From contig JAKSQS010000001.1 of assembly GCA_024404055.1 (NCBI GenBank), positions 3,404-67,403 on the forward strand: DNA of 64,000 nt. Reading direction: 5' to 3'. Numbering within the stretch: the stretch's first letter is position 1; each line of letters starts with the position of its first letter. This document shows positions 49,611 through 63,210 of this stretch, piece by piece. Source of the stretch: Clostridia bacterium. GTDB taxonomy: Bacteria; Bacillota; Clostridia; Oscillospirales; Acutalibacteraceae. The position numbers and the translations under genes are program-made. The notes beneath the pieces are model-generated. The model made no database searches and was not told where the DNA came from. It was given only the letters and a program-made list of their open reading frames with translations.

Positions 49611-52013
49611 ATGGCTGATAATAACGGCAGCTTTTCACTTGACGATATACTAAATGATATTAAACGGGAAAGAGAAATAAAAGCCGGACTTATTGAGCAA
49701 ACGCCTGACGAAGAAAAACCGCAGGCAGAACCCGACAAAACCATTTACCGTACAAAGAATAACATTGATGAACTGCTTGAAGAATATCTGTACGGCGGAA
49801 GCGAAAAAAAGTCCCCCGTACCCGGAAGGGAAAAAACAAAGTATATTTCTATAGGCAAAGAGGATGAAGCCGCACAGCCTGTAAAAGCCGAAGGAGCTCA
49901 TGCAGACAATGAAGATGACGGACAAATGCAGATTCCGGGTTTTTCGGAAAAAGACCCCTCTGTCACTCCGGATATTGTTTCCGAGGAGGAAGCGGAGCAG
50001 GAGCTTATTGACCGCAGGAAAAAAAGGATAGACGAATTTCGTGTGTTTGCCGCCGGAATAAGCGACGAATCGCTGCTTGAAATAGAGCAGAAGGAAGAAA
50101 AACGCGGCAGAAAGCGCGCTGAGATTTTTAACAGCATAGAGCTCAAAAACGGTCAGGGGCTTTTCGATGCGGTAGACGGTGTTGAAGAAAAAAAGAAAAA
50201 GAAGAAAAACTCCGTAAACTTTTTCCTTGCTCACAGTCCCGCAAAATCCGCACGGGAAAAAGCCCGTAAGGAAGCGGGCGAAAGAAACCGTTTTAACGCA
50301 AAGGCACAGAAAAAAATAACCGAAGAAATGAAAACGAAAGCAAAGTTTTCCGCCGTTATGTCCGGCATTATCACGGCGGTGCTTGTTTTCCTTGCGGCTC
50401 TCCCCCATTTTTACCGTGAAGGCGGCGCACTTGAAACACTTCTGGGCGGCAGCGGCAGAATATATCTCGGCATGAATCTCGCACTGATAATTCTTGCCGT
50501 TTCGCTTTCATATGATACGGTGCGCTCAAGCGTTAAATCAATTATGAACCTGACGCTGAACGCGGACACAGCAGTGCTTATTGCCCTTTTCTTTTCCGCG
50601 CTGCACAACATTGCTCTTTTGATAAAAGGCGGGTTTACCGAATACGGCTCAACACTGTATAACAGTGCCGCCTCGTTTTCGCTTTTACTTAACAGCATAA
50701 CAAAGCTTTTTGTTTCAAAGCGAATGGAAGTAAACCTTACAACGCTTACAAAAAACAAGCAGCTCCGTTCGGTGCAGGCAATAGAAAACAGGGCTGATGC
50801 CAAACAGCTTGCATACGGAATTTCAACAAACGGCAATCCCGAAATTCTTTACTCTGCCGAAACTCAGATACCGGAGAATTTTTCCGACATTTCATCAGAC
50901 AGAAGCCCGGAGGAAAGATTTTTTGCGTACGCAATACCCGTAATACTTATTGTAAGTGTAATAGCCGGAATTATAGGGGCAATTTTCAGAAAAGACATTT
51001 TCGGCTTTATAACAGGCTACACGGGTTGTATATGCATATGCTTCCCGGTGAGCATGGCATTTATTTCAAATTATCTTATTCTCCGCTGCAACTTATCAGC
51101 GTGTAACGACGGCAGTGCCATACTCGGGTATGCAGGCATATCCGATATGGAAAAAACAAACGCTTTTATTATGGATTCAGGCGAAATTTTTTACGGTGAG
51201 GTATCAAACTTTCACACGGTCAAAGCCTCTGCCATTATGACTGAGGAAGCAGCGATAACCTACACGGGTGCGGTGCTTATAAAAGGGAACTGTGTACTGT
51301 CCGATGTTTTTGCGCAGATAATCGAGCAGCAAAACATCCGTCTGCCTGCCGTTGAGGATCTTAAATATGAGGACAGGCTTGGTTTTTCTGCATGGGTAAA
51401 CGATGTTAAGGTGCTTGTGGGCAACCGCGATATGATGACACAGCACAATGTGGAGCTTCCCCCTCTCACGGATAAAGAAAGAGACGGCAGTGCCGAAACA
51501 GGTACAATGTATGTTGCGGTGGAGCAAAAGCTTGCCGCCATGTTCAATGTGCGCTACCTTATGGGCAAAAATGTCGCAAGGCAGGTCAGAAGGCTCACCG
51601 ATAACGGTGTTGTTCTCATGCTTATGACAAGAGACCCCGGCATAACGGAGGAATTTGTTTCCGCATACGCGAAAATCAAAAGCGACAGCATAAAGATAAC
51701 AAATTCAAAGGGCTGCGACATCATGCGGCTTTATAACGGCAGTATTCCGAGAAAGAAAGAAAGCGGTCTGATATGCAAAAGCTCCTCGGGCTCCTTGTTA
51801 AGGCTTATAAATGCCGCGTTCAGACTGGTTAACGCCGACAGACAGGCATCTATCATACAGGCAATCGGCATTATATGCGCCGCCGTAATCAGCATCGCCT
51901 TCACTCTCGCAGCACCTCACGGTTTTTTAAATCCGATATTTATTATAGTATATCAAATAATCTGGGGCGTTGTTTCCTGTGTCGTTTCGGAAAAAACTCT
52001 CAACAAAAAATAA
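49611..52013 (+). CDS. P1B-type ATPase-like membrane protein lacking all catalytic motifs (probable pseudoenzyme) with a ~250-aa charged N-terminal region
   Basis: The start is trimmed to MADNNGSF. The TM core and P/N-domain-like region are collinear with heavy-metal ATPases: GCICICFPVSMAF .. NDGSAILGYAGISDMEKTNAFIMDSGEI .. VKVLVGNRDMMTQHNV .. VVLMLMTRDPGITEE .. two C-terminal TM helices. DKTGT, TGES, TGDN and GDGxND are all absent. Confidence 0.6.
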   Translation: MADNNGSFSLDDILNDIKREREIKAGLIEQTPDEEKPQAEPDKTIYRTKNNIDELLEEYLYGGSEKKSPVPGREKTKYISIGKEDEAAQPVKAEGAHADNEDDGQMQIPGFSEKDPSVTPDIVSEEEAEQELIDRRKKRIDEFRVFAAGISDESLLEIEQKEEKRGRKRAEIFNSIELKNGQGLFDAVDGVEEKKKKKKNSVNFFLAHSPAKSAREKARKEAGERNRFNAKAQKKITEEMKTKAKFSAVMSGIITAVLVFLAALPHFYREGGALETLLGGSGRIYLGMNLALIILAVSLSYDTVRSSVKSIMNLTLNADTAVLIALFFSALHNIALLIKGGFTEYGSTLYNSAASFSLLLNSITKLFVSKRMEVNLTTLTKNKQLRSVQAIENRADAKQLAYGISTNGNPEILYSAETQIPENFSDISSDRSPEERFFAYAIPVILIVSVIAGIIGAIFRKDIFGFITGYTGCICICFPVSMAFISNYLILRCNLSACNDGSAILGYAGISDMEKTNAFIMDSGEIFYGEVSNFHTVKASAIMTEEAAITYTGAVLIKGNCVLSDVFAQIIEQQNIRLPAVEDLKYEDRLGFSAWVNDVKVLVGNRDMMTQHNVELPPLTDKERDGSAETGTMYVAVEQKLAAMFNVRYLMGKNVARQVRRLTDNGVVLMLMTRDPGITEEFVSAYAKIKSDSIKITNSKGCDIMRLYNGSIPRKKESGLICKSSSGSLLRLINAAFRLVNADRQASIIQAIGIICAAVISIAFTLAAPHGFLNPIFIIVYQIIWGVVSCVVSEKTLNKK

Positions 52014-52030
52014 GAAAGGTGTATAAAACA

Positions 52031-52721
52031 ATGAGCGATATAATCCGCGTTGAGGGACTTTCCAAGTCCTATGGCAAAAAAACAGTTCTTACAGACCTGA
52101 ATCTTTCACTTGAGGCAGGTCAGATAATCGGTCTTCTCGGTCCTAACGGCTGCGGCAAAACCACTCTTATAAAAATCCTCACGGGTCTTATTAAGGACCA
52201 TGACGGCATTGTGAATATTGACGGACAGCGTCCGGGTCCCTATACAAAAAGCATTGTTGCGTATCTTCCCGAAAAATCCTATCTTCCCGAATGGATGCGC
52301 CCGGTTGACGCGCTGGATTACTTCAATGATTTTTATTCGGACTTTGACAGAAAAAAAGCCGAATACATGGCACAGCATTTTTCCATTGACATGAAACAGA
52401 AGGTTAAAACCATGTCAAAAGGTCAACAGGAAAAATTGGGACTGATTCTCGTCATGTCAAGAAGCGCAAAGCTTTATATTCTTGACGAACCTCTCGGCGG
52501 CGTTGACCCGGCGGCAAGGAGCGTTATACTTGACCTGATAATGAAAAACTATGCGGAAAATTCCACGGTAATGCTCTCCACCCACCTTATAAACGATGTT
52601 GAAAGAATATTTAACAGAGTTCTTATGATAAACGGCGGAAAAATCGTCGTAAATTCCGATGTTGACGCTTTCCGTCAGCAGGGCAAAACTGTTGAAGATG
52701 TTTTCAAGGAGGTATTCGCAT

Positions 52722-52732
<11 letters not shown>
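52031..52732 (+). CDS. ABC transporter ATP-binding protein (ABC-2/Ccm-like single NBD)
   Basis: The start is trimmed to MSDIIRVEGLSKSYG, after AAAGGTG. Walker A GPNGCGKTT, signature MSKGQQEK, Walker B LYILDEPLGGVD. Confidence 0.88.
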
Positions 52733-56590
<3,858 letters not shown>

Positions 56591-56610
56591 ACAAGAGGAG
56601 ATGGAAAAAT

Positions 56611-58266
56611 ATGTCTTTTAACAACGACCTTGCCAACCTTCTTTTTCCGCATATAAGCGGCACGCCGGAGGAGCTTGAACAGCGTTATCCCTCAAGGGAG
56701 CTCAAGGAAGGCGCAAGGGTCACGCGTTTTGCCCCAAGTCCCACGGGCTATCTTCACATCGGCGGTCTTTTCGGAGCTCTTGTTGATGTTATGACTGCGA
56801 GAGCATCCGGCGGCAAAGCGTATCTGCGCATTGAAGATACAGACAAAAAGCGTGAAATAGACGATGGTGTAAGTGCCATTATTGAGGGCTTTGATGCCTT
56901 TGACCTGCATTTTGACGAGGGCGTTACCGGCTTCGGCACCGAAAGCGGCGAATACGGTCCTTACACGCAGTCATTAAGAAAAGAAATATATCAGACTGTG
57001 GCAAAGTCCCTTGTGGAAAAAGGACTTGCCTACCCCTGCTTCTGCACGGCAGACGAGCTTTCCGCCCTTCGTGAGCAGCAGGAGACGGACGGTGCACTCA
57101 TACGCGGTTATTTCGGCAAATATGCCCGTTGCCGTGACCTTTCATATGATGAAATCAAGGCAAATATCGATGCGGGCAAGCCGTGGGTGCTGCGTCTGCG
57201 CTCCGACGGAGACGAAAACAAAAGAATCGTGTTTGACGATATGATAAGGGGCAAAATCGAGATGCCCGAAAATATTATTGACGAGGTTCTTTTAAAATCG
57301 GACGGTATTCCCACCTATCATTTTGCCCATGTGTGCGATGACCACCTTATGCGCACAACCCATGTTATTCGCGGCGAGGAGTGGATTTCCTCCGTTCCCA
57401 AGCATATAGCGCTTTTCAAGGCGTGCGGCTACAAGGTGCCTAAATACGCCCACACTCCGCAGGTTATGAAAATTGATGAGGAAACCGGCGACAAGCGCAA
57501 GCTTTCCAAAAGAAAAGACCCGGAAGCGGCTGTGGGATATTTCGTTGAAGACGGTTATCCGTCAGAAAGCGTTCTTGAATATCTTATGACGCTTATCAAC
57601 TCCAACTTTGAGGACTGGCGCAAAGCCAACCCGAAGGCGGATATATGGTCATTCCCCTTCAATCTCAAGAAAATGAGTGCGAGCGGCTGTCTTTTCGACC
57701 TCGTAAAGCTCAACGACATAAGTAAAAACATTATCTGTGTTATGAGTGCTGAGGAGGTTTATTCTCTTTGCGTGAAATGGGCTGAAAAATATGACGGACA
57801 GCTCCACGCGCTTCTCACCGCCGATGAAGCCTTTTCAAAGGGTATACTGAACATTGACCGCGAGGTTCCCAAGCCCAGAAAGGACATCGCGAAGTGGTCT
57901 GACATCAAGGATTACATAAGCTACTTCTTTGATGAGCTTTATGTTCCCTGCTTTGACCTGCCCGAAAGGGTCAGCCATGAGGATGCCGCCGCAATTCTTC
58001 GCGCATATATCGAAAAATATGACGACGCGGACGACAAGGATACATGGTTTGCAAAAATCAAGGAGCTTTGCGAGCCGTTCGGCTACACCCCCAATGTCAA
58101 GGAATACAAGAAAAATCCCGATGCGTTCAAGGGTCATGTGGGTGACATTTCCACAGTAATAAGGCTTGCGGTGACAGGAAGAACAAATACCCCCGACCTG
58201 TATGAGATTATGAAGCTTATGGGCAGAGAAAAGGTTGTTGCCCGTATGAAAAAATACACGGATTAA
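56611..58266 (+). CDS. gltX: glutamate--tRNA ligase (long form)
   Basis: Class I motifs [14 protein letters not shown] (HIGH) and KLSKRKD (KMSKS), plus the LRIEDTD block. 551 aa. Confidence 0.85.
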   Translation: MSFNNDLANLLFPHISGTPEELEQRYPSRELKEGARVTRFAPSPTGYLHIGGLFGALVDVMTARASGGKAYLRIEDTDKKREIDDGVSAIIEGFDAFDLHFDEGVTGFGTESGEYGPYTQSLRKEIYQTVAKSLVEKGLAYPCFCTADELSALREQQETDGALIRGYFGKYARCRDLSYDEIKANIDAGKPWVLRLRSDGDENKRIVFDDMIRGKIEMPENIIDEVLLKSDGIPTYHFAHVCDDHLMRTTHVIRGEEWISSVPKHIALFKACGYKVPKYAHTPQVMKIDEETGDKRKLSKRKDPEAAVGYFVEDGYPSESVLEYLMTLINSNFEDWRKANPKADIWSFPFNLKKMSASGCLFDLVKLNDISKNIICVMSAEEVYSLCVKWAEKYDGQLHALLTADEAFSKGILNIDREVPKPRKDIAKWSDIKDYISYFFDELYVPCFDLPERVSHEDAAAILRAYIEKYDDADDKDTWFAKIKELCEPFGYTPNVKEYKKNPDAFKGHVGDISTVIRLAVTGRTNTPDLYEIMKLMGREKVVARMKKYTD

Positions 58267-58280
58267 GGAAGGAGAACAGT

Positions 58281-59921
58281 ATGGAAGAATACAATGTGTC
58301 ATCTAATTTTATCCACGATTTTATTGATGAGGACCTTGAAAAAGGCGTATACGACCATGTTCAGACCCGTTTTCCGCCTGAACCCAACGGCTATCTGCAC
58401 ATAGGTCACGCCAAGGCGATATACATTGATTTCAGCACCGCGAAAAAATACGGCGGCGTTTGCAATCTCCGTCTTGACGACACCAACCCGTCAAGAGAAG
58501 ACCTTGAATATGTTGACAGCATAAAGGAAGACATTGAATGGCTCGGCTTTAAATGGAACAAGGTGCTGTACGCGTCAAGCTATTTTGATTTCATTTACGA
58601 ATGCGCCGTTAAGCTCATAAAAAAGGGCAAGGCTTATGTCTGCGACCTCACAGCGGAGCAGATAAAAGAATACCGCGGCACACTCACAGAGCCCGGAAAA
58701 GAAAGTCCTTACAGAAACCGCAGTATTGAAGAAAATCTGGAGCTTTTCAAAAGAATGACAGACGGCGAATTTCCGGACGGAGCAAAAGTGCTTCGCGCAA
58801 AAATTGATATGGCATCACCCAATATCAATATGCGTGACCCGGTTATTTACAGAATAGCCCATGTTACCCACCATCAGACGGGAGACAAATGGTGCGTATA
58901 TCCGATGTACGACTTTGCGCATCCGATTTCAGACACAAAAGAAGGCGTTACTCACTCCCTTTGCTCACTTGAATTTGAAAATCACCGTCCCCTGTACGAC
59001 TGGTTCTTAAAGGAGCTTGAATTTGAGCATCCGTCAAGACAGATTGAGTTTGCGCGCCTTAACATTAACTACTGTGTAACAAGCAAGCGCAAATGCTTAC
59101 AGCTTGTTAACGACGGCAAGGTGAGCGGCTGGGACGACCCGAGAATGGCAACCCTTTCGGGCATGAGAAGAAGGGGCTATCCGGCAGCAGCTCTGCTTGA
59201 TTTCATTGACCGCGTCGGCGTTGCCAAAGCATACAGCGTGTGCGACTACGGACTTCTTGAGGCTTGCGTACGCGACAACCTCAACAGCAATGCACCGCGT
59301 GCCATGGCGGTTCTTTCTCCGCTGAAGGTCATCATTGACAATTACCCGGACGGGCAGACGGAACAGCTTGAGGTTGAGAACAATCCTGACCGTCCCGACC
59401 TCGGCACAAGAAATGTTACCTTCTCCAGGGAGCTTTTCATTGAGAAAGAAGACTTTATGGTTGACCCGCCGAAAAAATACTTCCGTCTGTTCCCCGGCAA
59501 CGAGGTAAGGCTCAAGGGTGCATATCTTGTGAAGTGCACAGGCTATGATACGGACGAAAACGGCGAGGTTACGGCGGTACACTGCACCTACGACCCGGAA
59601 AGCAAGGGCGGCAACGCTCCCGACGGCAGAAAGGTCAGGGGCACACTGCACTTTGTTTCCGCGGCGGACTGCGTACCGTGCGAGGTAAGGCTGTACGACA
59701 GGCTTTTCAAGGCGGAAACACCTGACGACCTTGAAGCCGACCTCAACCCGGATTCGCTTAAGGTTCTTGACGGATGTCTTCTTGAGGGCAGTCTTAAGGA
59801 TATAAGGCCGGGGGACACCTATCAGTTCATGCGTCAGGGTTATTTCTGCGCAGACAAGGACAGCACGGCTGAAAAAATCATCATCAACCGCACCGTTCAG
59901 CTCAATTCATCCTGGAAATAA
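58281..59921 (+). CDS. glnS: glutamine--tRNA ligase
   Basis: [32 protein letters not shown], and the GlnRS-type C-terminal beta-barrel domains. 546 aa. Confidence 0.88.
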   Translation: MEEYNVSSNFIHDFIDEDLEKGVYDHVQTRFPPEPNGYLHIGHAKAIYIDFSTAKKYGGVCNLRLDDTNPSREDLEYVDSIKEDIEWLGFKWNKVLYASSYFDFIYECAVKLIKKGKAYVCDLTAEQIKEYRGTLTEPGKESPYRNRSIEENLELFKRMTDGEFPDGAKVLRAKIDMASPNINMRDPVIYRIAHVTHHQTGDKWCVYPMYDFAHPISDTKEGVTHSLCSLEFENHRPLYDWFLKELEFEHPSRQIEFARLNINYCVTSKRKCLQLVNDGKVSGWDDPRMATLSGMRRRGYPAAALLDFIDRVGVAKAYSVCDYGLLEACVRDNLNSNAPRAMAVLSPLKVIIDNYPDGQTEQLEVENNPDRPDLGTRNVTFSRELFIEKEDFMVDPPKKYFRLFPGNEVRLKGAYLVKCTGYDTDENGEVTAVHCTYDPESKGGNAPDGRKVRGTLHFVSAADCVPCEVRLYDRLFKAETPDDLEADLNPDSLKVLDGCLLEGSLKDIRPGDTYQFMRQGYFCADKDSTAEKIIINRTVQLNSSWK

Positions 59922-59942
59922 TTTCAGAAAGGAAAAAACATT

Positions 59943-60608
59943 ATGAAAATCGCATACAGAATCGTAACTCCGATACTTGCGGCAGGCGCAGTAATTATGG
60001 CGTTCCTGCTTGATATGTTCTCATTTTCCATTCAGATAAGCGACAAATTACAGCCCATCGGCGTATCCTTCTCACTCATAGAATCCATTCAGAAGCTTAC
60101 AAGCGCAAAGGCTCCCGACACAGAGGACGCAAAAAGCATAACCGAAATTATTCAGCCCATGCTCCCCGCAACCGTCACATTTTTCGTGTTTTTCATCCTT
60201 GCCATGCTGATTATGATTTCGATAATTTTTGTTTCCGCCCTTTCGGAGAAAAGAAAGCCCGTTTTCATCCTCTGCGCGGCAGGTCTTGTATGTATGTTTG
60301 CCGGAATTATTGCCAGCAACAGTGCCTTTGCCACTCTGCTTGACGGTGAGAAAATCAACCTCGGTGAGGTTCTCGGTGCTTTCCTTGAAGGAACCACCGG
60401 TACCCTTGCCACTCTGGCAGGTACTCTCGCCTCCTATCTTTCCAACATTCATCTCACAGCCACCCTTTCCGTTGCGTTCTATGCCATGTTCGGTATTTAT
60501 CTTATAATAATCGTATGGGCAATTATTGCAGGCTTTGTTATTAAAAATCCCATTGTGCGCACCAAAAAGGAATATCGCAGAAAAAAGCCCATGAGAAAAA
60601 TTATATAA
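59943..60608 (+). CDS. hypothetical membrane protein (~5 TM, basic C-terminal tail)
   Basis: Hydrophobic segments throughout. RBS AAAGGAAAAAA. Ends KKEYRRKKPMRKII. Confidence 0.6.
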   Translation: MKIAYRIVTPILAAGAVIMAFLLDMFSFSIQISDKLQPIGVSFSLIESIQKLTSAKAPDTEDAKSITEIIQPMLPATVTFFVFFILAMLIMISIIFVSALSEKRKPVFILCAAGLVCMFAGIIASNSAFATLLDGEKINLGEVLGAFLEGTTGTLATLAGTLASYLSNIHLTATLSVAFYAMFGIYLIIIVWAIIAGFVIKNPIVRTKKEYRRKKPMRKII

Positions 60609-60623
60609 AAGGAAACGGATATT

Positions 60624-60908
60624 ATGTCAAAGCTTCTTGATATGCTGAACGATGAAGCACTTGATTTTACCGTAAAAATCACCGATACGGACGGCGTGAC
60701 GGCTGAATATGAATTTCTTGACATTGTTTTATATAAAAAGAATGAGTATGCCGTGCTTCTCCCCTCCGACGATGATGAAAATGTGGATATTTTTAAAATT
60801 ATCCCGGACGGTAAAAATGAAAAATACGCCCGTGTGACGGACGATGAGACACTCGACGCGGTTTTCGATATTTTCCGCGTGAAAAACGAGGATGAGTTTG
60901 ACTTCTGA
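60624..60908 (+). CDS. DUF1292-family small acidic protein
   Basis: 94 aa with the pattern EYEFLDIVLYKKNEYAVLLPSDDD..VDIFKI typical of DUF1292. Confidence 0.6.
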   Translation: MSKLLDMLNDEALDFTVKITDTDGVTAEYEFLDIVLYKKNEYAVLLPSDDDENVDIFKIIPDGKNEKYARVTDDETLDAVFDIFRVKNEDEFDF

Positions 60909-60941
60909 GTGCACAGGCGCACAACCCATGCCGGGCAAACC

Positions 60942-61019
60942 GTAGGGTACGATGCCCATGTCGTACCGCTGTAGCGTGACATGAATACTTTTCGGTGCGT
61001 TGAGGGCAACGCACCCTAC
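60942..61019. repeat. pair of related GC-rich hairpins in inverted orientation (REP/BIME-like)
   Basis: Unit A, plus strand: GTAGGGTACGATGCCCATGTCGTACC. Unit B, minus strand: GTAGGGTGCGTTGCCCTCAACGCACC. Each forms a 7-9 bp stem, and the outer GTAGGGT/ACCCTAC ends are themselves inverted repeats. Confidence 0.5.
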
Positions 61020-61143
61020 AAAGCTAATCCGGATGGTTTTTCTGTATAAAAGCCTTAACTTAATGGCATTGGCGCTCGACATCCCATCCCACGGTGATTT
61101 TTATATCGAATGTTATTTGAGTATCCAACGCCCACGATGCATC

Positions 61144-61181
61144 AAAACGCCGCATCCTGCGAAATTCGGATACGGCGTTTT
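61144..61181 (+). terminator. rho-independent terminator for the plus-strand array
   Basis: AAAACGCCGCATCC tgcgaaattc GGATACGGCGTTTT followed by a T-run. Confidence 0.65.
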
Positions 61182-61196
61182 TTAAACCATACCTAA

Positions 61197-61240
61197 AAAG
61201 CGAATCGTTTGCACTGATTTTTAGTGCTTCGACTCGCTTT
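61197..61240. terminator. bidirectional terminator-like long hairpin
   Basis: Outer stem AAAGCGAATCG / CGACTCGCTTT (1 mismatch) and inner stem GCACT / AGTGC. T-runs follow on both strands. Lies downstream of the 61274-61561 gene. Confidence 0.55.
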
Positions 61241-61273
61241 TTCTTTGGGGTTGTTGCGTCACAGCTCCTTATT

Positions 61274-61561
61274 TTATTTCATTATTTTTTCGGCAGGCTT
61301 ACTGTCAATATATATTTCACACGGAATTGAAAGCCTGTCCATCAAATCAAAAAGACTTGAAACAGTGAAGCTGTAACACAGATTTTCCCATTTTGAAATC
61401 ATGCCCTGAGACACATTTAGAAAATCGGCAAATTCCTTTTGTGTTAAGCCCATCGCCATTCTTTTGTTATAAATTGCAGCGGCTATTTTTTCCCTGATTA
61501 CAGAATCTTTGATTTGAACATCCGTTAAATTATCCGGCAGTAAATCACACATAAGCACCAT
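61274..61561 (-). CDS. XRE-family HTH protein (95 aa)
   Basis: Cro/cI-type HTH: MGLTQKEFADFLNVSQGMISKWEN. Confidence 0.75.
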   Translation of the reverse strand: MVLMCDLLPDNLTDVQIKDSVIREKIAAAIYNKRMAMGLTQKEFADFLNVSQGMISKWENLCYSFTVSSLFDLMDRLSIPCEIYIDSKPAEKIMK

Positions 61562-61580
61562 TGTCCTTTTATTAAAAAAG

Positions 61581-61669
61581 CAAAATACAAGTTTAACCTG
61601 TATTTAATTATAGCATTTACTTCTACAAAATACAAGTATATACGGTAAAATTTTATAGATAATACTTGT
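61581..61669. promoter_or_regulatory. candidate operator repeats in the divergent XRE intergenic region
   Basis: The 12-mer CAAAATACAAGT occurs at 61581-61592 and 61626-61637. ACAAGTAT (61633-61640) recurs inverted as ATACTTGT (61662-61669). Confidence 0.4.
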
Positions 61670-61683
61670 TATGGGGTGAAGTA

Positions 61684-62010
61684 ATGGAAAACAGAATCAG
61701 ACAGCTCCGCAAAAAATACCATATGTCACAAATACATTTAAGCATTGAGCTTGAGGTATCGCAGGAAACCGTCAGCGCATATGAAAGCGGCAAGCATTTC
61801 CCGAGCTTTCAGTCTCTTGTAAAGCTTTCCGAAATATTCGGCTGTTCTATTGATTATATAATGGGCTTATCGGATGAAAGCAGTCTCAGTCGCAGACTTT
61901 CGGATGATGAGAGCCGTCTTCTCACTTCTTTCTCGGGCTTGAACGAAAAAAGCCGCGCAATGGCATTATCTTATATACAGGCACTCACGGATATGCAGAA
62001 CAATAAATAA
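61684..62010 (+). CDS. XRE-family HTH protein (108 aa)
   Basis: The start is trimmed to MENRIRQLRKKYHMSQIHLSIELEVSQETVSAYESGKHFPS, after GGGGTGAAG. Cro/cI-type HTH. Confidence 0.75.
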   Translation: MENRIRQLRKKYHMSQIHLSIELEVSQETVSAYESGKHFPSFQSLVKLSEIFGCSIDYIMGLSDESSLSRRLSDDESRLLTSFSGLNEKSRAMALSYIQALTDMQNNK

Positions 62011-62079
62011 CTTCATTTTATATTGTAAATTCAGCCGCATCTGTGATAAAATAACAGCAAATAAAATCGGAGGCTCAAT

Positions 62080-63195
62080 ATGGAAATAAAGCCCTGCCGC
62101 CAAAAATGGAACGGCACAATGACAGACAGAGAACGCTTTAACCGGCAAATGCATTTTAAAAGCTTTGACCGCAGCTTCAATATGGAATTCGGCTACTGGG
62201 ATGAAAACTATACCGAATGGAAAATGTTTCGTGAAAACGGAATAGAGCATGAATGGCAGGCAAACCGTTTTTTCAGCTTTGACCGCATAGATGTTCTCGG
62301 CGGTCACAACTGGATGGAGCCCTGCTTTGAAAGCCGCATGGTGGAGGAAACCTCAACCCACCGCATATACATAAATGCGGACGGTGTTATGGCAGAGTCT
62401 CCAAAGGACAGCCACAGCACCATTCCGCACTATATAAAACCCACGGTTGTTACCCCGGATGACTGGAAAAAGGTGAAAAAAGAGCGTTTTGATATTAATA
62501 ATCCGATAAGAATTTATAATCTTGACGACCTGAAACGCGAATGTCCCGACGACAGGGATTTTCCCGTCGGCATACACTGCGGCTCCATGATAGGCAAAAT
62601 CCGCGATATGCTGACCTTTGAAGGACTGTGCTACGCCATTTACGATTACCCGGAAATGCTGGAGGATATGGTTGAGACCTGCTGCGAGCTTGTGGAATAT
62701 TCACTTGACCAGCTTCTGCCGAACGCAAATTTTGATTATGCCTGCGGCTGGGAGGATATTTGCTACAACGGCGGTCCGATTGTTTCCGTGCCGTTTTTCC
62801 GTGATGTGGTATGCCCCCGTTACAGGCGCATTTCCGACAAGCTGCACAAATACGGCATAGACCTTTTTTATACGGATTGTGACGGTGATGTCAGACCTCT
62901 TCTGCCTTATTTTCTCGACAACGGCATCAACTGCCTTTTCCCGTATGAGGTCAACTCCTGCGCCCACCCCGGCGAGCTGCTTGACGAATACCCGGAGCTG
63001 CGAATTATGGGCGGCGTTGACAAAATGGCTCTCGGCGGCGGCAGAAAAGAAATTGAAAAATATCTCATTTCCATTGCACCGTATGTTGAGCGCGGCGGTT
63101 TTATTCCGTTTTGCGACCACCGCTGTCCGCCGAATGTGAAGGAAGATGACTATCTTTATTATCTTGACCTGAAACAGAAAATGTTCGGTATGTAA
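62080..63195 (+). CDS. uroporphyrinogen decarboxylase (URO-D) superfamily protein, non-heme context
   Basis: 371 aa. An N-terminal MTDRERFNRQMHFKSFDR block and a C-terminal GGFIPFCDHRCPPNV block, as in URO-D-like TIM-barrel proteins of Clostridia. Confidence 0.5.
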   Translation: MEIKPCRQKWNGTMTDRERFNRQMHFKSFDRSFNMEFGYWDENYTEWKMFRENGIEHEWQANRFFSFDRIDVLGGHNWMEPCFESRMVEETSTHRIYINADGVMAESPKDSHSTIPHYIKPTVVTPDDWKKVKKERFDINNPIRIYNLDDLKRECPDDRDFPVGIHCGSMIGKIRDMLTFEGLCYAIYDYPEMLEDMVETCCELVEYSLDQLLPNANFDYACGWEDICYNGGPIVSVPFFRDVVCPRYRRISDKLHKYGIDLFYTDCDGDVRPLLPYFLDNGINCLFPYEVNSCAHPGELLDEYPELRIMGGVDKMALGGGRKEIEKYLISIAPYVERGGFIPFCDHRCPPNVKEDDYLYYLDLKQKMFGM

Positions 63196-63210
63196 ACGGA
63201 GGGAATAAAT

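Noticed and set aside
56591-56610. Expected T-box or other leader upstream of gltX
   Set aside because: Only 20 nt separate the lacZ stop from the gltX ATG, and 14 nt separate gltX from glnS. No structured leader can fit.
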